IMG/VR virus record: IMGVR_UViG_3300028587_000031
Location: 1 to 28,925 of that record
DNA: 28,925 nucleotides
Strand: one strand, 5' to 3'
Source: a virus
Taxonomy: Duplodnaviria; Caudoviricetes
Shown here: one piece after another, positions 24,157 through 28,925 of the stretch
Layout: every line of letters begins with the position of its first letter
How positions within the stretch are numbered: the first letter of the stretch is position 1
Program-made: the position numbers and the translations under genes
The notes under the pieces: model-generated
Database searches by the model: none
What the model was told of the DNA's origin: nothing
Seen by the model: the letters and a program-made list of their open reading frames with translations, nothing else

Positions 24157-24172
24157 TGATAGACGACTATCA
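24157..24172. promoter_or_regulatory. Palindrome copy 12 (TGATAGACGACTATCA)
   Basis: In the 94-bp divergent gap between the portal (-) and ORF 24214 (+); possible -10 boxes TACCCT (24129-34, minus) and TACCGT (24177-82, plus). Confidence 0.88.
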
Positions 24173-24213
24173 GGGGTACCGTCAGCGGCGTCCACGACAC
24201 AGAGGAGCCCATC

Positions 24214-24531
24214 ATGGGTGAGAACATGACCGCACAGCAGTACCAGGAGCAGGTCGACGAGCTCGAGCGCGACCGCAGCCTCACCGACGACGAGCGCAAC
24301 GAGAAGCTGGCCCGTCTCCGCGAGCAGCAGGTCAACGCGCAGAACGAGGCGCAGGCCGACGCGGTCAAGGAGCAGGAGAAGCAGGCCCAGGAGATGCAGG
24401 CGCAGTCGCAGTCGCAGTCGTCGGACAAGCCACAGCCGTCCGACACCACGGGGGGCCAGTTCACGACACAGCCACAGCCGTCGCCGACGCAGTCGTCGGG
24501 CTCGTCGCAGCCGCAGCCGCCACAGCAGTAG
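24214..24531 (+). CDS. Gln-rich coiled-coil/disordered protein, 105 aa
   Basis: GAGGAG RBS; strong GC3 bias; Q/S/P low complexity. Confidence 0.65.
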   Translation: MGENMTAQQYQEQVDELERDRSLTDDERNEKLARLREQQVNAQNEAQADAVKEQEKQAQEMQAQSQSQSSDKPQPSDTTGGQFTTQPQPSPTQSSGSSQPQPPQQ

Positions 24532-24543
24532 TACCGTCGCTGC

Positions 24544-24822
24544 ATGACTGAGCAGCAGAACGATCCTGAGCAGCATGAGGGCGAGCAGCCCTCCGACGAG
24601 CCGACCGCTGACGTGACCCCGCAGGTCACCGAAAGCGGCGAGACTCCTCGCGTCATCCTCACCGGCCCGCACACCGACGCGCAGCCCGGCGATACCCCCA
24701 CCGGGTACATCGTCGTCGGCCCGGACCTCAGTGAAGAACAGGCCCGCGCGGAAGCTGAGGCGCAGCTCGCACAGCAGCAGAGCTCGGACGATCCGAACCC
24801 TGCCAATCCTGACGAGGGCTGA
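24544..24822 (+). CDS. Acidic disordered protein, 92 aa
   Basis: Follows the previous ORF; its stop abuts the stop of a convergent gene. Confidence 0.6.
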   Translation: MTEQQNDPEQHEGEQPSDEPTADVTPQVTESGETPRVILTGPHTDAQPGDTPTGYIVVGPDLSEEQARAEAEAQLAQQQSSDDPNPANPDEG

Positions 24823-25035
24823 CTACCGCTCGTCGAGGTACGCGACCGCGCACGCCCGACAGTAGAACCGGGGTCCGTGCGCGGTGTCGTGCTGCGTCTC
24901 GACCGCGACCTCCGCGCCTGACTCGCAGGCGCCATCCGGCGTGTAACCGATGGGTAGGTTGCCCCACTCGACGAGTCGTCGTTGCTGGTCGGCGCTCAGA
25001 CCGTTCCAGCACGCCATCCCCCACCAGCCCCTCAC
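24823..25035 (-). CDS. Small Cys-containing hypothetical protein, 70 aa
   Basis: GTGA-coupled to the HicA-like gene; C...GPRFYCRAC. Confidence 0.6.
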   Translation of the reverse strand: MRGWWGMACWNGLSADQQRRLVEWGNLPIGYTPDGACESGAEVAVETQHDTAHGPRFYCRACAVAYLDER

Positions 25036-25265
25036 GACGCTGCCTCCGCAGCGACGGCTCGCTCGACGCGACGTATGTCCGCACGGAAGTTCAACCACGA
25101 ACGATTGTCCGACGACGTACCGCCGAACGTCACGCCGTGCACACCGTCGGGATGCCGGAGTCGGAAGTGCTTGTTCCCCTGCCGATGCAGCGTCCAGCCC
25201 GCGGCGAGTAGCCCACGGACGAGCTGTCTCTCGCGGTCACGGAGACCGCGCAGTTCGTTACTCAT
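25032..25265 (-). CDS. HicA-like (dsRBD-fold) toxin/mRNase, 77 aa
   Basis: L.A.GW..HRQGNKHFRLRHP.G...VT..GT.SD.R.W.N.RAD.RR; ATGA overlap with the RHH gene. Confidence 0.7.
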   Translation of the reverse strand: MSNELRGLRDRERQLVRGLLAAGWTLHRQGNKHFRLRHPDGVHGVTFGGTSSDNRSWLNFRADIRRVERAVAAEAAS

Positions 25266-25438
25266 CGCAGCCATGCCTTGAGTGCCTGCTCGATAGCGTC
25301 GGTCATCGTGAGACCATTGTTGACGGACTTGACCCGCACACGCTTGTGCAACGCCTCGGGGATCAGCACGTTGATGCCGACGAGGCCGGTCGTATCGGGC
25401 TTCGTACGATTCCTGGTCTTGCTGTTGTCAGTAGTCAT
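25262..25438 (-). CDS. Ribbon-helix-helix (ParG/Arc-like) DNA-binding protein, 58 aa (not in ORF track)
   Basis: MTTDNSKTRNRTKPDTTGLVGINVLIPEALHKRVRVKSVNNGLTMTDAIEQALKAWLR; leaderless, TACCCT -10 six nt upstream. Confidence 0.75.
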   Translation of the reverse strand: MTTDNSKTRNRTKPDTTGLVGINVLIPEALHKRVRVKSVNNGLTMTDAIEQALKAWLR

Positions 25439-25486
25439 ACCGGCAGGGTAGCAGCACTACCGGTCGTAAGCCAACTAAGGAAACAC

Positions 25487-26236
25487 ATGCAGGTCATCGG
25501 TGCCGGATTCGGTCGCACAGGCACACTGTCGCTCAAGCACGCGCTCGAGACGCTCGGCTACGACCCCTGCTACCACATGTACGCCGCCTACCAGGACGAC
25601 CACATGGAACGCTGGCGGCACGGTGACCTGCACGTCCTCGACGGGTACCGCGCCACCGTCGACTGGCCTGCGTGCACCTACTGGCGTGAGCTGACCGCCA
25701 TGTACCCCGACGCGTACGTCGTCCTCAGTGTGCGCGATCCCGACCGGTGGTGGGACAGCTTCGACGACACCGTCGGTGAAGTCGTCCGCCGTGCACACCG
25801 ACCAGCGCGCACACCGTGGGTCGTCGCACTCCGACGCTTCGTCGTCGAGGTCGTCGAGCAGCGCAGCTTCGGACGACCACTCGACACGCTCACCCGCGCC
25901 GACGTGATAGCCGCCTATCAAGCCCACAACGCTGCCGTGATCGACGGAGTCCCATCACGTCGGCTCCTGGTGCACGACGTGACCGACGGGTGGGCACCGC
26001 TGTGCGGATTCTTGAACGCACCGGTCCCCGATGTCCCGTTCCCGCACGTCAACGATCGAGAGCAGTTCCACTACCTGCACGGTCAACACCCCCGCGATCG
26101 GGAGGAGCTGGCGGCACTGTTTGCGGAGCCACATACTCGAACGAGTACGTGTTGTACCGGCGAGGATCAAGCGCAGCCTTCCGCCACCGCTCCACCGTCG
26201 AGTCCGAGTGCAGGCGCCGACCCGGACCGCCGCTGA
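25487..26236 (+). CDS. Sulfotransferase-family protein (Sulfotransfer_4-like)
   Basis: VIGAGFGRTGTLSLK.ALE.LG..PCYHM, GY.ATVDWP, YPDA.V.LS.RDP..W..S, H...V...VP..RLLV, GW.PLC.FL and PFPHVN; TAAGGA RBS before ATG 25487. Confidence 0.88.
   Translation: MQVIGAGFGRTGTLSLKHALETLGYDPCYHMYAAYQDDHMERWRHGDLHVLDGYRATVDWPACTYWRELTAMYPDAYVVLSVRDPDRWWDSFDDTVGEVVRRAHRPARTPWVVALRRFVVEVVEQRSFGRPLDTLTRADVIAAYQAHNAAVIDGVPSRRLLVHDVTDGWAPLCGFLNAPVPDVPFPHVNDREQFHYLHGQHPRDREELAALFAEPHTRTSTCCTGEDQAQPSATAPPSSPSAGADPDRR
25905..25920. promoter_or_regulatory. Palindrome copy 13 (TGATAGCCGCCTATCA), inside the sulfotransferase gene
   Basis: Encodes V-I-A-A-Y-Q using ATA, TAT and CAA codons. Confidence 0.8.
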
Positions 26237-27206
26237 CGAGCTTCCACCGTGGCGACCTCGAGCGGCTCCGGATGAGTGCCGGGTGCGCGGTCACGACCCG
26301 GTACCGGTACCCCTGCTCGTAGAGGTACTGCCCCATCGTCTCGCCCATGCGTTCCGACAGACCGAGCCCCTGCCAGTCGGGGAGCACGACGAGCCGGTGA
26401 CCCATCTTCAGGTTCTTCGCCTGCGGGTGCATGAAGTGCAGGAACGACATGAACATGACGCACTCGTCGTTGATGAACCCACCGAAGCATTGCGCTCCCG
26501 GGTGCAGCTTGGCGCTCAGATAGTGATGCGGCGCAAACACTCGCCACGCGGAGCGATGGATTGGATAGATGCCAAGCTCCAACTGCGGTCGGGATTGAAC
26601 CGACCTCCAGGTGAAGTGCTCTGCGTGCGGTTGGTAAATCCAGTCGGGTTGCAGCCACTCGACCACGTCGTAATGACAGGTCACGGCGACGAGCTGGCGT
26701 CCCTGCCGGCGGACCGTTTTCGCAACCGTCGATGACGCGACCTGCGCGACCTGCCGGTCGACGACGGACGTGAACTCGTCGATGGTCACAATCTCCCCGG
26801 GGGGCGCTTCGGCAAGACGACGAGCGCAGTCGACACGGAACTGCTCGCCGGTACTGAGCGTCGAGTAGGGCCGCATCCACGCACGCGGTGACGAGAACCC
26901 GACGCTCGTCAGCAGGTCGATGATTGCCCGGATCGACATGTCGTCGGGGAAGCAGTCGAGGACGCTGGCGTCGTCACGCCATTCGGGGGTGGGCTGCACG
27001 GTGAAGCAGCGACGAGCGACTGACGATTTCCCGGCACCGGATGGACCGACGATCAGGCCGACTGACCAGGGCTGGTCCTCGATCGGCAGGTCCGCGGTCC
27101 ACGACCGGGAGATGTGCGTGTCGGGTGGCACGTCGAACATCGCGCCGGTCTGAAGGATGCGCGGCGTGTGCTCGATGTCGACGGAGACGGTCACGTCGGC
27201 CCTCAC
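26049..27206 (-). CDS. ABC-type ATPase fused to a GNAT (Mom-like) acetyltransferase
   Basis: Walker A GPSGAGKS, signature LSTGE, Walker B TIDEFTS, switch TCH; C-terminal F..HHYL and RLVVLPDWQGLGL acetyl-CoA motif; GTGA-coupled to ParB-N; no TM partner. Confidence 0.85.
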   Translation of the reverse strand: MRADVTVSVDIEHTPRILQTGAMFDVPPDTHISRSWTADLPIEDQPWSVGLIVGPSGAGKSSVARRCFTVQPTPEWRDDASVLDCFPDDMSIRAIIDLLTSVGFSSPRAWMRPYSTLSTGEQFRVDCARRLAEAPPGEIVTIDEFTSVVDRQVAQVASSTVAKTVRRQGRQLVAVTCHYDVVEWLQPDWIYQPHAEHFTWRSVQSRPQLELGIYPIHRSAWRVFAPHHYLSAKLHPGAQCFGGFINDECVMFMSFLHFMHPQAKNLKMGHRLVVLPDWQGLGLSERMGETMGQYLYEQGYRYRVVTAHPALIRSRSRSPRWKLVSGGPGRRLHSDSTVERWRKAALDPRRYNTYSFEYVAPQTVPPAPPDRGGVDRAGSGTALDR

Positions 27207-27793
27207 ATCATCGCCCTCACGCGATAGCCGTCGGCAGACAGCTGGGTGAGCAGCTCGACCTGCTCGGATTCGTTGTCGACCTCGACGATGACGCCCCACT
27301 GCTCGGGGAAATCGGTCAGCGGTGCGTCACCCGGTGGCGGCATCGACGACGCGAGGAGTGCAGCGAGGTCGTCGTCGGTGTAGGCGGTCGCGGCGAACAG
27401 CTCGTGACTGCCGTCCTCGGCGATCTGCGCGAGGAGCGCAGCGAGCTCGTCGGGGTCGTTGTCGCCAATCTCGGAGAGCCGATTGTCGGCGAGTGCCCAC
27501 GCGTTCGCGGTCGTCTCGTCCTCCTCGATCCACACGACTGCCAGATGCGACCACCCGAGCCGGTCGCGGGCAGCGTGCAGTGTGTGGTTCCCGGCGGTGA
27601 CGTACCCGACGGGGTCGTCGTTCTCGTCCCTGCCGGTCACCCGGGCGGTCACCGGTTTGCGCTGACCGAACACGCGCAGCGAACGAGCGATGGCGTCGAT
27701 GTCGCCACGTCTCGGGTTGCCGGGTAGTTCGGTGAGGTTCGTGACGGGCGCGGCGAGCGTCTCGAGCGGTGCAGCAATGTTGTGAGTCGTCAT
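27203..27793 (-). CDS. ParB/Srx N-terminal-domain protein (no HTH)
   Basis: L...PGNPR.GD.DAI..SL..FGQ.KP, AGNHTL.AA..LGW, A.A.ALADNR.SE. Confidence 0.85.
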   Translation of the reverse strand: MTTHNIAAPLETLAAPVTNLTELPGNPRRGDIDAIARSLRVFGQRKPVTARVTGRDENDDPVGYVTAGNHTLHAARDRLGWSHLAVVWIEEDETTANAWALADNRLSEIGDNDPDELAALLAQIAEDGSHELFAATAYTDDDLAALLASSMPPPGDAPLTDFPEQWGVIVEVDNESEQVELLTQLSADGYRVRAMM

Positions 27794-27800
27794 AGGTCGG

Positions 27801-27807
27801 TAGCGTA
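27801..27807. promoter_or_regulatory. Overlapping bidirectional -10 boxes (TAGCGT plus / TACGCT minus)
   Basis: The divergent ATGs are only 20 bp apart; the boxes lie 7 and 8 nt from each start. Confidence 0.55.
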
Positions 27808-27813
27808 CGGCGG

Positions 27814-28473
27814 ATGGAATGGCTGCACTTCCCCGAGTTCAAGCTGCCGATCGAACGGTTCGACCGTGCGATGCTCGCCGGTGACCTCGACCCCGACACC
27901 AAGGGTCCGCAGGTGCAGGCGCTGAAGCAACCGAACGGGTCGGTGATCGCGTCGCACTTCCACGATGTCTCGCAGTTCCAGGTCATCGTCGGTGGTGGCG
28001 GCATCATCGGTCGGTCGCGCATGTCGAAGGGGATGGTGCGGTACGTCGACCGTCACCGCGTGTACGGCCCGGTGCGTCCCGACGACAACGGTCTGTGCTA
28101 CTTGACGCTGCGCCGTGAACACGACCCGGGTCCGTTCTACATGCCAGATTCGCATGACGTGCTCGCGGAACGTCGACCGGTCGCACCCCGCGGGTTGACG
28201 TTCGACCTGACTGCGCTCGATACCTGCTGGCGCGATGTCCAGTACGGCGACGACGACGGGTTGACGGTGAGCGCGTCGAACCTGTTGCGTCACGAGACGC
28301 TCGCGTTGGAGATGGGCGGCGGGGGAGGGTTCGTCGTCGTGATCGGCGGTGACATCGACGACGTGTCCGCCGTGTCCGCGCGCTGGCTCGACGCGGGGTC
28401 GCAGCTGAAGGGTCAAGCGGGACAGTCGGGAGCGCGGGTCCTGCGCTTGCAGTTCCCTGTCGAGGACGACTGA
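27814..28473 (+). CDS. Cupin-like protein
   Basis: HFH...QFQV...G.G..G and YGP.....GL.Y.TLR; cupin metal-motif-like. Confidence 0.55.
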   Translation: MEWLHFPEFKLPIERFDRAMLAGDLDPDTKGPQVQALKQPNGSVIASHFHDVSQFQVIVGGGGIIGRSRMSKGMVRYVDRHRVYGPVRPDDNGLCYLTLRREHDPGPFYMPDSHDVLAERRPVAPRGLTFDLTALDTCWRDVQYGDDDGLTVSASNLLRHETLALEMGGGGGFVVVIGGDIDDVSAVSARWLDAGSQLKGQAGQSGARVLRLQFPVEDD

Positions 28474-28486
28474 TAGGCGGCTATCT
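28471..28486. promoter_or_regulatory. Palindrome copy 14 (TGATAGGCGGCTATCT)
   Basis: Supplies the stop of the plus-strand cupin-like gene; 28 bp upstream of the TAAGCT -10 of the ASCH gene. Confidence 0.8.
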
Positions 28487-28526
28487 GGTGCGTCCGTTAG
28501 TCCTCTAAGTACGGTAAGCTGCGGGT

Positions 28527-28871
28527 ATGAAAGCACTGACCGTACGTCAACCGTGGGCGGGACTCATCGCGCGCGGAACGAAAGACGTAGAGAACCGAAC
28601 CTGGGAACCGACCATTGCGATCGGTGAACGGTTCGCGATCCACGCCGGACGTATGGACCCGAACGTCGACGTCGAATGGTGGGACCCTGCGGACGAGCTC
28701 TGTCACGTCCGCGGTCTCGTGATCGCCACGGTCCGTCTTGTCGATGTCGTCAGAGATTCCCGCAGCGAGTGGGCGCGACCGGGTCACTGGCACTGGGTCC
28801 TCGAGGACCCGCGCCGCACACGTCGACCGGTACGCGTTCGCGGCGCGCTGGGACTCTGGGACATCGGGTAG
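28527..28871 (+). CDS. ASCH domain protein
   Basis: MKALTVRQPWA.LI..G.K.VENR.W, IHAG, W.W.L..PR and RG.LGLW; leaderless, TAAGCT -10 at 28515-20. Confidence 0.88.
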   Translation: MKALTVRQPWAGLIARGTKDVENRTWEPTIAIGERFAIHAGRMDPNVDVEWWDPADELCHVRGLVIATVRLVDVVRDSRSEWARPGHWHWVLEDPRRTRRPVRVRGALGLWDIG

Positions 28872-28925
28872 GGGGTCGGGTCCCGGGACCCTCCCGGGGG
28901 GACCTCGGACCCTCCTACCTATAGG

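Noticed and set aside
24950-25486. N-terminal 179 aa of the 428-aa track ORF
   Set aside because: Antisense to the RHH/HicA genes; the sulfotransferase motif and RBS start at 25487.
26049-27206. ABC transporter or substitute terminase ATPase
   Set aside because: There is no permease partner and it carries a GNAT domain. It has ABC signature motifs rather than TerL motifs, and no nuclease domain.
214-28486. Palindrome as CRISPR repeats, canonical parS or tetO
   Set aside because: Copies are kilobases apart with no spacer array. The sequence differs from parS (TGTTTCACGTGAAACA) and the ParB here lacks an HTH. tetO has the same half-sites in the opposite order (CTATCA-N-TGATAG).
28918-28925. 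Hairpin telomere of a linear plasmid-prophage
   Set aside because: Only an 8-bp palindrome, with no protelomerase or ParA in the window.
1-28925. tRNA/rRNA genes, integrase, att sites, IS elements
   Set aside because: None recognisable by eye: intergenic gaps are short, with no cloverleaf, recombinase or transposase motifs.

Overview
High-GC (about two-thirds G+C by eye) siphovirus-type phage or prophage DNA. The host is probably an actinobacterium, judging from the leaderless TANNNT promoters, an Rpf-like transglycosylase, a Prim-Pol replicase and a RusA. Most genes lie on the minus strand. Reading right to left: an accessory enzyme block (ASCH, cupin-like, ParB-N, ABC-ATPase-GNAT fusion, sulfotransferase, RHH plus HicA-like), HK97-type head genes, neck and tail genes with a G/GT frameshift chaperone, tape measure, minor tail proteins, amidase/holin/Rpf-like lysis genes, LamG-repeat tail proteins, a chain of tiny early ORFs, RusA, PD-(D/E)XK exonuclease, SSB-like protein, primase-helicase, and an origin-like repeat region. 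The strongest unexplained signal is a 16-bp palindrome, TGATAGnCGnCTATCA, found 14 times across the whole window. It supplies the stop codon of 8 genes and is kept inside 2 coding regions. Also notable: no terminase, integrase or HTH repressor is visible; the enzyme block may be a DNA-modification locus; and a three-way-junction RNA leader is predicted in front of the capsid gene. All protein calls come from motif recognition by eye, not database searches.
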